Of a stretch of DNA of 64,000 nt, positions 29,876-38,721 are shown piece by piece. The position numbers were made by a program, and so were the translations under genes. Source of the stretch: Nitrospinaceae bacterium (lineage in GTDB: Bacteria; Nitrospinota; Nitrospinia; Nitrospinales; VA-1); the NCBI GenBank assembly GCA_046754465.1, contig JBHHVU010000010.1:15067-79066 (forward strand), read 5' to 3'. The stretch's first letter is position 1. Each line of letters opens with the position of its first letter. The notes beneath the pieces are model-generated. The model ran no database searches and was not told the origin of the DNA. It was given only the letters and a program-made list of their open reading frames with translations.

Positions 29876-30370
29876 TCAACGCCACCCGCCTCCCTGAACA
29901 ACCCGGTCCCGGACGGCCGGCGGATTTTCCAACTTGATGGAAGGGTTCAAGGTGCCCCGGACCAGACGCACACTGGTGTTCAGAAGGTCTCCAGCTTCCT
30001 TGTGCCCCCCGGACCCGCTGTTGAATGAATAAACATACGCGGTAATTTTGCCGCGGGTGTTGCTGGTCCAGGTATCGTATCCACATCCCGGTCCAAAAAC
30101 GGGGTCGATGTGGATATCCATTTCGTATTTATCTTGCAAAGCTTTATTTTTATCAAACAGGGTATGGGCCTCCTTCTTGTCGGGAAGCCGCCAGTCCGTA
30201 TATCCCGCGAATGCTTCCTTATTTTTTTGATCCCTGAATTTGATGGCTTGGGCATGAGTTAAAAATTTTTTCAAATCCAGATAGGAGTCATTTTTGGCCC
30301 ACATCAGATGGGTCAGACTGTCGGTAATCGTGCCATCCCCGTTATCGATGAATCGTTGCCCGTCGGTCAT
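29876..30370 (-). CDS. DUF1566 domain protein 7
   Basis: AAGGAGGT RBS before ATG 30370; FIDNGDGTITD..THLMW, FAGYTDWRLP, TWTS, VRLVR. Confidence 0.9.
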   Translation of the reverse strand: MTDGQRFIDNGDGTITDSLTHLMWAKNDSYLDLKKFLTHAQAIKFRDQKNKEAFAGYTDWRLPDKKEAHTLFDKNKALQDKYEMDIHIDPVFGPGCGYDTWTSNTRGKITAYVYSFNSGSGGHKEAGDLLNTSVRLVRGTLNPSIKLENPPAVRDRVVQGGGWR

Positions 30371-30422
30371 GCAAAAGACCTCCTTGTTTTTCGGTGGCAT
30401 CCAGGTGTTTCAAAGAAAGCGG

Positions 30423-30455
30423 AAAAAAAAACCGGGAGGCAAGAGCCTCCCGGTT
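30423..30455 (-). terminator. Rho-independent terminator
   Basis: AACCGGGAGGC-aaga-GCCTCCCGGTT with an A-run on + (U-tract on -), just after gene 30477-30965. Confidence 0.85.
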
Positions 30456-30476
30456 AAAATTCATGCAACCAAGCAA

Positions 30477-30965
30477 TTACCTTTGACTTTCAGGCTTCTC
30501 TCCAGTCACACCAGCGATTCCCCTTTCCGTACCTTCGGGCATACCAAAACCCGGCTCGATGTACGTAAAGGGTTTAACATGGTCCAGATGATAATTGGTC
30601 TGGTAGGTTTTTCCGGAACCGGCATCCATTCTCCAGTCGTGGCGATCGTATCGCTGTCGCTGGCAATTCACGGAAATGAGGCCGGGACCTTTATTGGTAA
30701 TGATAGATTTTTGGGCAATGGCGTTGGTCTCGTATCCACCCGGAGGCAAAGTCGCCTTAAAAATCTTTTTCCACGCGTAAGCGAAGGGACCGATATCGAA
30801 CTCAATATTGGTGTCCTGGGTTTCACTCAGGTTGTAAGCGATCCACGATGCATTTTCACAGATTGCTTTGCCGCCCGGCGAAACTTCCACCACGTTGGCG
30901 CTGGCGATGGCGATAAAACCAAAAAATACAAATATAGTGGTTAAACTGGCAGCCGTCCTTCTCAT
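30477..30965 (-). CDS. Secreted hypothetical protein
   Basis: Sec signal ending ASA; GGGGGAG RBS; own promoter and terminator. Confidence 0.8.
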   Translation of the reverse strand: MRRTAASLTTIFVFFGFIAIASANVVEVSPGGKAICENASWIAYNLSETQDTNIEFDIGPFAYAWKKIFKATLPPGGYETNAIAQKSIITNKGPGLISVNCQRQRYDRHDWRMDAGSGKTYQTNYHLDHVKPFTYIEPGFGMPEGTERGIAGVTGEKPESQR

Positions 30966-31159
30966 GTGCTCCCCCTTTCCAAAAAAAGCGGAATTAAACA
31001 GGATAAAATCAAGTCAAACAAGAACTCCTAGTTTCGAATACCACCTCCCGTCGGCATTTCCAATTCTCTAATTTATTCAAAAAGATTCCAAAAGTAAAGA
31101 ATCAATATTTCTGACGGATTTATCCCTTCCAATTTACATTGGCTTTTTAGAGTCGCCCG

Positions 31160-31188
31160 AAAATAACAAACCCTTTACGAGAAGTCAA
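31160..31188 (-). promoter_or_regulatory. Sigma70 promoter candidate for 30965
   Basis: Minus strand TTGACT-17 nt-TATTTT with extended TG. Confidence 0.5.
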
Positions 31189-31286
31189 GATTTAAATTAA
31201 GGGGGAAACCCCTTTCAGGATAATCCTTTAAAAAAGAAAAAGTTAAAATAAAAAAACTTCCCGGGCGGTGATGCCGGTTCCAGACT

Positions 31287-31682
31287 TTATCTTTTGAATT
31301 TTAAGGAGGTCAGGTTCATCAGGTTCAGGGAGTTCCTCAACAGCTTTTCTCCGTCTTCGGTGATATCGTTGACCACGAGCTGAATACTCCGCAAGTTCTT
31401 TAAATACTTGGCGTTGGAAAGATGGCGGGCCCCCTCGTCGCCGATTCCGTTGGACGCCAGATTCAGGGTACGCAAATTGGAGAAAATCGGCGCTTCGGTG
31501 AGGGCGCGGACTCCATCGTCACCAATGCTGTTTTGCGACAAGTCCAGGGCCTGGAGACTGTGGAGGCATTCCACCTTTGCCAGGGCGCGAACTCCAACTT
31601 CCCGGATAAACTTGGCTTTCAAGCTCAAGACTTGTCCATCGCTACTCAGATTTTGCCTGACGAGTTCTTCGATATCCGCCAT
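31287..31682 (-). CDS. Small leucine-rich repeat protein (RI/GALA-like LRR)
   Basis: LQALDLSQNSIGDDGVRAL / LRTLNLASNGIGDEGARHL / LRSIQLVVNDITEDG. Confidence 0.9.
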   Translation of the reverse strand: MADIEELVRQNLSSDGQVLSLKAKFIREVGVRALAKVECLHSLQALDLSQNSIGDDGVRALTEAPIFSNLRTLNLASNGIGDEGARHLSNAKYLKNLRSIQLVVNDITEDGEKLLRNSLNLMNLTSLKFKR

Positions 31683-31734
31683 TTTGGTTTCCTAATGGAA
31701 AAAAAATTTACCCATGGATTTGTCCTACCGGAAG

Positions 31735-32568
31735 TTATCCGATCCCCGGAATGTCCTTGGCCTCGAATCCGTATTCATCGAAGGCTTTCCAACCCTCCTG
31801 AAGCATTTTTTTGGCGTACTTTACCATCAGGACGGCTTGCGAATGATTGGGATCGATGTCCAGGGTTTTTTTCAAATGCCGCAGGGCATTTTTGACATCC
31901 TTGATTTCATCTCCATAATGCTCGATTTGCCGGGATTTGTCGATGAGGTCTGAAGCCCATTTGTAATACGTGTCAGCGATTTGCCGGGGCGCGTTCTTAC
32001 TGACAAATTCCACAATTTCGTCATCGGCCTTCAACCGGTCCAAATCCTGGATCGCCGCCTCAAATTCCTGAATGGGAATTTCGTAATCCTCCCCGTTGAC
32101 TTGGGTGATGGTGTCACCCGCCTTGTGGGCGGAATGCAGTCCCACCGAGCTGCGCACCACCGTTCCCTGGATGCCGGCGATCAACTGGTTATAATGGAGG
32201 TTGCCGATGGCGAAATGAATAATGGAACTGAACTCCTTGTTGTTATCATATTTTAAAGCCAATTCGAATTCCGCCTTGGCTTCGTCATGTTGTTCCAGTT
32301 CCTCCAGCGCTTCGCCCAGGTTGTAGTGATGAACGCAGTTTTCCGGTTCTTCCTCGATCTGGTCGCGGAAAAACTCGATTTGGGCATCAAGGTCGAAATC
32401 GCCTTCTTCCTCCTCCTCTTCCTCGAACCCGGTTTCCTGGTCCAGCGCTTCCCCAGTGTCCGGTTCGGGTTCTCCGCCGGGCGGCCCGGCAATCCCGGGA
32501 TCTAATGCTTCCGCCGCCGAATCCTCTTCCTCGGGGGGGAGGTCATCCTTTTTTTCTTCTGGGTTCAT
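31735..32568 (-). CDS. TPR protein with acidic N-terminus
   Basis: HYNLGEAL...AKAEFELALKYD; LKKTLDIDPNH; poly-Glu leader. Confidence 0.85.
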   Translation of the reverse strand: MNPEEKKDDLPPEEEDSAAEALDPGIAGPPGGEPEPDTGEALDQETGFEEEEEEEGDFDLDAQIEFFRDQIEEEPENCVHHYNLGEALEELEQHDEAKAEFELALKYDNNKEFSSIIHFAIGNLHYNQLIAGIQGTVVRSSVGLHSAHKAGDTITQVNGEDYEIPIQEFEAAIQDLDRLKADDEIVEFVSKNAPRQIADTYYKWASDLIDKSRQIEHYGDEIKDVKNALRHLKKTLDIDPNHSQAVLMVKYAKKMLQEGWKAFDEYGFEAKDIPGIG

Positions 32569-32668
32569 GGTCCGCCGATAAGCAATGTTTTTAATTCACC
32601 GAAAGGGTATTTTGAAATTTTACCAGACCTTCCACCCTCTCAGTGAAAAAAACTCTTGCTGGGTCCCC

Positions 32669-33292
32669 TCATTTTTTTTCAGCCGCTTCCCGGTTGGAGT
32701 GGATGAATCTCACCGCGCGGATGACCGACAGGGACAGACCGGGACCTTCCTTGGGACTGGGATAAGCTTTTCCGCGGATGAAGTTGAAGGTCCACGCGTA
32801 AATGTCCTTATGGGTTTCACTGGTCCAGAAGCAGCAACTGGTGTATCCGAAAATGGGATCGATGTGCAACTTATTGGTGGTCCAATAATAATCCCAGGGG
32901 ATGCTTTTGCTCTCGTCATACAAGGTCTTCAGCTCTTTCCGGGTGGGGAGCCTCCAGTCGTCGTGTCCGGCGAAATGGCTTCCATTGATTTTATTTATGT
33001 AGTCGTGGGCCATTTTCCAGTTGAGCCATTGTTTGAGTTCCTGATAGGAATCCTGCTGTTTCCACATCAATCCTTCCTTCAAATCGGTCACCGTTCCATC
33101 CTTGTTGTCTTGAAACCGGGGATCGTTGGAAGGTTCCAGCACCTTTTTAGGCTCGGTCAGGGAACGGATCTGGCCTCCGAAAATGGGGTCTTTCCCCTGG
33201 CCCTCGCCCGCCGCCCAGGAAATCCCCATCGGGACCATGGGGAGGAATGATAAGCAAACCGAAATAATGACAACCTGGACACTGATTTTCAT
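32669..33292 (-). CDS. DUF1566 domain protein 8, with signal peptide
   Basis: MKISVQVVIISVCLSFLPMVPMGISWA signal; FQDNKDGTVTD...LMW, FAGHDDWRLPT, FWTSE, IRAVR. Confidence 0.9.
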   Translation of the reverse strand: MKISVQVVIISVCLSFLPMVPMGISWAAGEGQGKDPIFGGQIRSLTEPKKVLEPSNDPRFQDNKDGTVTDLKEGLMWKQQDSYQELKQWLNWKMAHDYINKINGSHFAGHDDWRLPTRKELKTLYDESKSIPWDYYWTTNKLHIDPIFGYTSCCFWTSETHKDIYAWTFNFIRGKAYPSPKEGPGLSLSVIRAVRFIHSNREAAEKK

Positions 33293-33326
33293 TTCAAGTC
33301 CCTTGCGGATGGTAAACCCGACACTC

Positions 33327-34343
33327 TTAATTCTCCTGTGGCGCCCAGTCTGGCTCCCACGAAAGGCACAAACCGGCTGGGTTGTGGAACTGACCGGTTT
33401 CTTTTCCAATGATACCCCAGGTGGAAACAAAGTTCATTTCCGGATCGAACTTTTGTATTCTCTGGTTGATGGTATCGACCACGAATACGTATCCGTAAGG
33501 GTCCTCCACCACCGCCATGGGACAGTTGAACTGTCCCTCCCGCTTGCCCATTTCACCCATCACGCCCAAGGATTTTCCCTCACGGGTGAAGATCTGCAGG
33601 CGGTTCTGACTTTTTTCGGCCACCAGGATCGTGCCGTCCTTGCGGACGGTCAAACCCGTAGGGAAATTCAGCCTTCCGGCCTCGAACCCGTATTCCCCGA
33701 ACTTGGCAACAAACTGGCCGTCTTCATTAAAAACCTGGATCCTCTGGTTGTCCCGGTCTGCAACGTAGATATTTCCTTCCTTATCCAAAGCGATTCCCGT
33801 GGGAAACTTGAGGAAGCCGTCGAAATCCCCCGCGAAACCGAAGCTCAGAAGGAAATCCCCATCATCGTCGTAGCGTTTGACGCAATGGTTGGAGGTATCG
33901 GCGACAAGAATGGTGCCCGTCGGTTCCGCGAGAATGGCTTCGGGCCAGTAAAACTTTTCTTGTCCCCAGCCCTCGCCGCCGAATTCGTGAAGGAAGTCTC
34001 CATCGGGATCGAATTTCTGGATTCGGTGGCAGCCCGTATCGGCCACCCAGATGTTTCCGTTGTAATCCACCGCCACCGACCCCGGGGTTTTGAACTCGCC
34101 CGGATTGTATGGGGGCCGCGTTCCGCCCGGGCGGCCAAAGGCAAAAAGAAATTTGCCATTTCCGTCAAACTTTTGAATGCGATCGTTGCCCGTATCGGCG
34201 ACCCACACATACAATTTGGAGTGGTCGACTTCGATCTTTTCCGGGAGTTCTTCAGGGAGGATCTCCGTTTCAACCACTTCGAGGGCCTGGGACTCCTCCA
34301 TCTCCGTTTGGTCCGCGGTTTCGTCTTGATTCTCTTTAGACAT
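33327..34343 (-). CDS. NHL-repeat beta-propeller protein with acidic leader
   Basis: Six VAD..N.RIQ.F..DG.F...FG-type repeats. Confidence 0.93.
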   Translation of the reverse strand: MSKENQDETADQTEMEESQALEVVETEILPEELPEKIEVDHSKLYVWVADTGNDRIQKFDGNGKFLFAFGRPGGTRPPYNPGEFKTPGSVAVDYNGNIWVADTGCHRIQKFDPDGDFLHEFGGEGWGQEKFYWPEAILAEPTGTILVADTSNHCVKRYDDDGDFLLSFGFAGDFDGFLKFPTGIALDKEGNIYVADRDNQRIQVFNEDGQFVAKFGEYGFEAGRLNFPTGLTVRKDGTILVAEKSQNRLQIFTREGKSLGVMGEMGKREGQFNCPMAVVEDPYGYVFVVDTINQRIQKFDPEMNFVSTWGIIGKETGQFHNPAGLCLSWEPDWAPQEN

Positions 34344-34673
34344 GGGACTCCATCAAAAGGGTGAAAGGTTCCCCTTCATAAAATTCCAGCGAAAAGGTTC
34401 ATCGAATCCGGGGCTACCCGGAGTGCGATGTCCGGCAAACGCAACTATTTGGGATAAGACCCCTCCCGGACTTTTTCGCCGGGAAAATTTTTTGGGTAAA
34501 GTGACGGGACTCAACCATGAAAAATGGCCAAGGCGGGAATTCCGGCTGAAAGCAACCGGCCGATTCCCAAGGGGGACCGCCCTGAACACCACGGGGGTTG
34601 GATATTAAATTATTGGGGAAAACCCTGACGGTTTTTTCCGCGCCCAAGCATTTTCCACGGCTTATCCGCACTT

Positions 34674-35285
34674 TTATTTGATCATGAACCCTTTGCAGTC
34701 AAGAATCTGGTATTCATAATCACAGGCTTTTTGCAGTTCCCCCAATCTTTCGTTCCAATTCTCCCTGAAATTGTCGAGGTTTTCCGATTTCGGTTTTTTC
34801 TTCATCAGACCCACCTCTTTGATCAGGGGTTTCACAAGATTTTTGTGAATCAACTGGAGCGTGTTTCGCAGTTTCAGAATACATTCCTTAGTGACCGTTT
34901 CGCGGGTCACCCCATCCACTTTTTCCAGAAGCCGGAGAAAAGATTGAATGGTTGTCAGCTGCGACGTATAACTTTCGGCCAACTTATGGTTGTATTTCAA
35001 TCCGCAGTCAATGTAAGCGGGCATCAACCACATGCCCACGTGGTGATCGAACTTGACGGAGAGGGTGATCAATTTCTGGAGGTAATCTACCTCCCTCAGA
35101 TCTTCCTCCTCCTCCTCCTCCCCTTCCTCGAGCTCTTGGGCGGCTTTTTCCTTTTCTTTCTGAAGCTCCAACTTGATTTTTTCGAGTTCACTCAGATCGG
35201 AAAGAGAATCGGCATCCGTCTTTTCGCTCTTGGCGGGGTCCTGATTTTCTTCTTCCTTTTTGGTTTCAGTATCCTGGTCGCTCAA
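34674..35285 (-). CDS. Hypothetical helical protein with poly-Glu N-terminal region
   Basis: AGGAG RBS, TTG start, EEGEEEEEEDL tract; downstream of a near-consensus promoter. Confidence 0.8.
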   Translation of the reverse strand: MSDQDTETKKEEENQDPAKSEKTDADSLSDLSELEKIKLELQKEKEKAAQELEEGEEEEEEDLREVDYLQKLITLSVKFDHHVGMWLMPAYIDCGLKYNHKLAESYTSQLTTIQSFLRLLEKVDGVTRETVTKECILKLRNTLQLIHKNLVKPLIKEVGLMKKKPKSENLDNFRENWNERLGELQKACDYEYQILDCKGFMIK

Positions 35286-35363
35286 AGGACAATCTCCTAT
35301 AAAACGCTGGTAATTAAAACAATATTTTCAATGTATTGCAGTTGCTTTTTGGGATTGGAAACA

Positions 35364-35392
35364 AGTATAGTCCTTTCATAACGGGGTGTCAA
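35364..35392 (-). promoter_or_regulatory. Near-consensus sigma70 promoter facing the minus-strand cluster
   Basis: Minus strand TTGACA-17 nt-TATACT. Confidence 0.75.
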
Positions 35393-35492
35393 GGTCTTAC
35401 CCCTCCGATTTTCAAGACGTTCGGCCCGAAAGGGGGCGGGATTTTCCAGGCCGGCCCCATGCCCCTAACACAGGCAGACGGGAAACGGTTCG

Positions 35493-35522
35493 TTGACAGG
35501 AGAATTGGTGGGGGTATATCCT
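35493..35522 (+). promoter_or_regulatory. Sigma70 promoter candidate for the radical SAM gene
   Basis: TTGACA-18 nt-TATCCT. Confidence 0.5.
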
Positions 35523-35591
35523 TAATGAATATCAAGCCCATCTTACAAAGATATTCCGCAAGATCCGGCAATGAATTGAAGGCATAAAACC

Positions 35592-37397
35592 ATGAAAACC
35601 GCATTGGTTTTCCCTCCACAATGGTATCCCAGTCAACCCTACCTGGCCCTGCCCACGTTGATGGCCTATCTGCAATCCAAAGGCCACGACGTCGAGCAGT
35701 TTGACTTCAACATAGAAAGTTATCAGATCTTTCTTTCCCGGGAATACCTCGGCCGGTGCGTGGATATCATACGCACCCGCCTCACGCAACCTGCCTATTC
35801 CCTGGAGGAAAGGGAAGTCCAATCCGTCTACCGGCAGATCCTTTCCGACAGCGAATATCTCGAAACCATCATGGAGGAAGTGGAGGACGCGGCGAATGTC
35901 CTGCGCGACGAGAAACGGTTTTTTCAGTTTCCGGTTTACAAAAAAGCGTATACCACCTTGAAAATCGCCATGAAGCTCATTTCTTACGCCCACTTCCCGA
36001 GCCGGATCGACCTGGAATCCTTCTTCATGCAGGGAACCCCCGAGGAAAGCCTTCAGGGGATTCTCTCGGCCACCGCCGATTCCGCACGAAATCCCTTCGT
36101 CCACCTGGTCCGGGACTATCTTTTATCCCAGGTGCAATGGGAGAATTACCGGCTGGCCGGAATATCCATCATCCATGTGGGGCAGGTGATTCCCGGCCTG
36201 ACCCTGGCGCGATGGTTGCGGAAGAGATACCCCCACCTCCATATTGTCATAGGCGGCAGTGTGTTCGCCCGTCATCAGGACATTCTGGAAAACAAGCAGG
36301 TCCTGTTCGAGGAATTTTTTCACAGCATCATCCTGTTTGAGGGCGAGCATCCCTTGGACCAGTTGATCAGCCATCTCAAGGAAAAGAAACCACTGGATAC
36401 CGTCCCCAACCTGATTCACCTGGTGAACGGGAGAGTCGTCCACAACGAAAAAGCCAAATCCCTGCCCTACGAAAAACTGGTGCCTCCCAATTTCGACGGC
36501 CTGCCCCTGGAAAAATACCTGATGCCCTATCCCGTTTTGCCCTACATGGCGAGCCGGGGCTGTTATTGGGGGAAGTGCACCTTTTGCACGCACAGTTTTA
36601 TCTACGATTCTTATTACCGGAAGGAAAACGAAACCCGGATGGCGGAAGAGATAGAGTACTTGAGTCAACGGTACCAGACCCGGTACTTCACCTTTTCGGA
36701 TGAAGCCATATCCCCCAACGCGTTTCGAAGAATGTCCAGCGCGATTCTGGCGCGGAACGTCGAAATGCGCGCCCTGGGCATGCTCAAGTTCGAGTCGGAC
36801 AACGTGGAAACCCCCGATCTGTTTGAACACATGTACCGGGCGGGATTCATCATGCTTTTTTTTGGCCTTGAAAGCGCCAACGACCGGGTTCTTTCCCTCA
36901 TCGACAAGGGGTGTGACCAGAACACCGAAAAGCTGGTCCTGGAAAACAGTTCCCGCGCGGGTATCTGGAACCATCTCTATCTGTTTTTCGGATTCCCCAC
37001 GGAAGAACGGGAGGAAGCCGAGGACACCATCCGGTTCACCATAAAAAATAGCGAAACCGGGACGGGGATCATTCACTCGGTGGGGCAATCCACCTTTTCC
37101 CTGGAGAAGGATTCCGCCATTTATCACAACCCGGGAAAATTCGAAATCGGCCGGATCTTTCACGATCCCGAACGGGACATGGCCATCATCTTCGACTTCG
37201 ATATAAAATCCGGGATGTCCCGGGAAGAAGTCATGGACGTCTACGAAAACTTCAACGGAATCCTTAACGAATGTTTTCCATCCCGGAAGATTTGGAATTT
37301 CCTTTCGAGGGAGCATTTTCTTCTTTACCTGGACCATTTCGGGAAAGAGGGGATCCTCGATATGGCGGGCCGCGAGGAGAACATGGCGCAAACCTGA
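35592..37397 (+). CDS. B12-binding domain radical SAM protein
   Basis: LVFPP..PYLALPTL.AYL...GHDV, LAGISI, HIVIGG cobalamin-domain elements; SRGCYWGKCTFC; FGLES, FFGFPTE. Confidence 0.93.
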   Translation: MKTALVFPPQWYPSQPYLALPTLMAYLQSKGHDVEQFDFNIESYQIFLSREYLGRCVDIIRTRLTQPAYSLEEREVQSVYRQILSDSEYLETIMEEVEDAANVLRDEKRFFQFPVYKKAYTTLKIAMKLISYAHFPSRIDLESFFMQGTPEESLQGILSATADSARNPFVHLVRDYLLSQVQWENYRLAGISIIHVGQVIPGLTLARWLRKRYPHLHIVIGGSVFARHQDILENKQVLFEEFFHSIILFEGEHPLDQLISHLKEKKPLDTVPNLIHLVNGRVVHNEKAKSLPYEKLVPPNFDGLPLEKYLMPYPVLPYMASRGCYWGKCTFCTHSFIYDSYYRKENETRMAEEIEYLSQRYQTRYFTFSDEAISPNAFRRMSSAILARNVEMRALGMLKFESDNVETPDLFEHMYRAGFIMLFFGLESANDRVLSLIDKGCDQNTEKLVLENSSRAGIWNHLYLFFGFPTEEREEAEDTIRFTIKNSETGTGIIHSVGQSTFSLEKDSAIYHNPGKFEIGRIFHDPERDMAIIFDFDIKSGMSREEVMDVYENFNGILNECFPSRKIWNFLSREHFLLYLDHFGKEGILDMAGREENMAQT

Positions 37398-37460
37398 ATC
37401 CCTCCCGCCATCGGAAGAAGGTGGCATCACCAACCGTTCCCCCTTCCAGGCCCAGTCCTC

Positions 37461-37489
37461 TTGACACCCCCCGCCGGATCACCTAGAAT
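37461..37489 (+). promoter_or_regulatory. Near-consensus sigma70 promoter
   Basis: TTGACA-17 nt-TAGAAT upstream of the TPR gene. Confidence 0.75.
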
Positions 37490-37562
37490 TCAACTATACC
37501 GCTCAATTACATGAAGGGAACAGGGGTTTAATCACTTGATGAAGTAAAGGAGTAGAAAGATT

Positions 37563-38693
37563 ATGAGCGAGTCCAAAGACACAGGCGGTTGGATCACCAT
37601 GAAAATCGCGCCCGAGATTTTTGACGAACTCGGTGTCCGGGATCCGGAGCAGATCAAGCTGGAAACCAAAATCATGAAGAAGGTCCGCCAAGTAAAGAAA
37701 GAATTGAAAAACGAACCCGACAACCTCGACAAGTTGAACGAACTGAGCACGTATTACATCGATGGGGGAAATTACGAGGATGCCATCAATGTATTGCGGA
37801 CGGTCATCAGTAAAGACAAATTCAACGTCCGTGCCTACAAGTTGATCGGCACCGCCTACGTTTTGTTCAATCACGAGGACGAAGCCATCATGGAATTGAA
37901 CCGCGCGGTCGAGCTGGACCCCAAGGACCCGGAAATTCATTTCAATCTGGGGGGCGTTTACATGCTCAGGGATTGCTTTCTGAATGCGATCCGCTGTTTC
38001 GAGAATGTGATCGAACTGGACCCAACCGATACCCTGGGATACGCCAATCTGGCTGCGGCTTATGACGCCGAGAAAATGTACGAGGAGGAAGTCCGCGTCC
38101 TGAAGCGGGTATTGATGTTCAGTCCGGAAGATAAAGAGTTGCGCTCCGCCCTGAGCACCGCCTATTTTAACTCGGGAAATTATGACGACGCCTTGAGCGC
38201 CGCCCTCTGCGTGGTGGACCTGGACGACAAGGATCCCCAGGCTTATTGCAACCTGGGAAGCTGTTATTCGGTGAATAACATGGTCGACGAAGCGGTCAAA
38301 GCGTTCAAGAAAGCCAGTGAGATTGATCCCGAATACAACCTGCCCCATACCAACCTGGGAAGCCTTTATGCCACTATGGGCCGGTTGGAAAGCGCCATCA
38401 AGGAATTCAAGCAGTCGGTCTCCCTGAACCGCGGTGACTCACTGGCCTGGTTCAATCTGTACAACTGTTACAAGGAAGTAGGGAGGATGGAAGATGCCGA
38501 GGAAGCCTTCCGCCATTACGACCGGCTGATGAAAGAACTGGATGGGCGGGCCCCGGGTGCCGAGGGGGATCAGACCAATTTATCCAATATCCCCGGTGGA
38601 GTTTCTCAAACCGGAAACCTGGCCGATGGCGCCAAACTGGAAGATAGCAAGGCCGGAATGGAAACCGGGTTCGGGGAAACCGAATCTCCTTGA
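37563..38693 (+). CDS. Multi-TPR protein
   Basis: About 8 consecutive 34-aa TPRs (e.g. HFNLGGVY...AIRCFENVIELDP); no signal peptide. Confidence 0.93.
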   Translation: MSESKDTGGWITMKIAPEIFDELGVRDPEQIKLETKIMKKVRQVKKELKNEPDNLDKLNELSTYYIDGGNYEDAINVLRTVISKDKFNVRAYKLIGTAYVLFNHEDEAIMELNRAVELDPKDPEIHFNLGGVYMLRDCFLNAIRCFENVIELDPTDTLGYANLAAAYDAEKMYEEEVRVLKRVLMFSPEDKELRSALSTAYFNSGNYDDALSAALCVVDLDDKDPQAYCNLGSCYSVNNMVDEAVKAFKKASEIDPEYNLPHTNLGSLYATMGRLESAIKEFKQSVSLNRGDSLAWFNLYNCYKEVGRMEDAEEAFRHYDRLMKELDGRAPGAEGDQTNLSNIPGGVSQTGNLADGAKLEDSKAGMETGFGETESP

Positions 38694-38721
38694 ACATGAT
38701 GTATCACCTGGGGGATTGTGA

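Noticed and set aside
25385..33292. Diversity-generating retroelement acting on the DUF1566 genes
   Set aside because: No reverse transcriptase or Avd, and no near-identical TR/VR pair differing at adenines in the window; a remote DGR cannot be excluded
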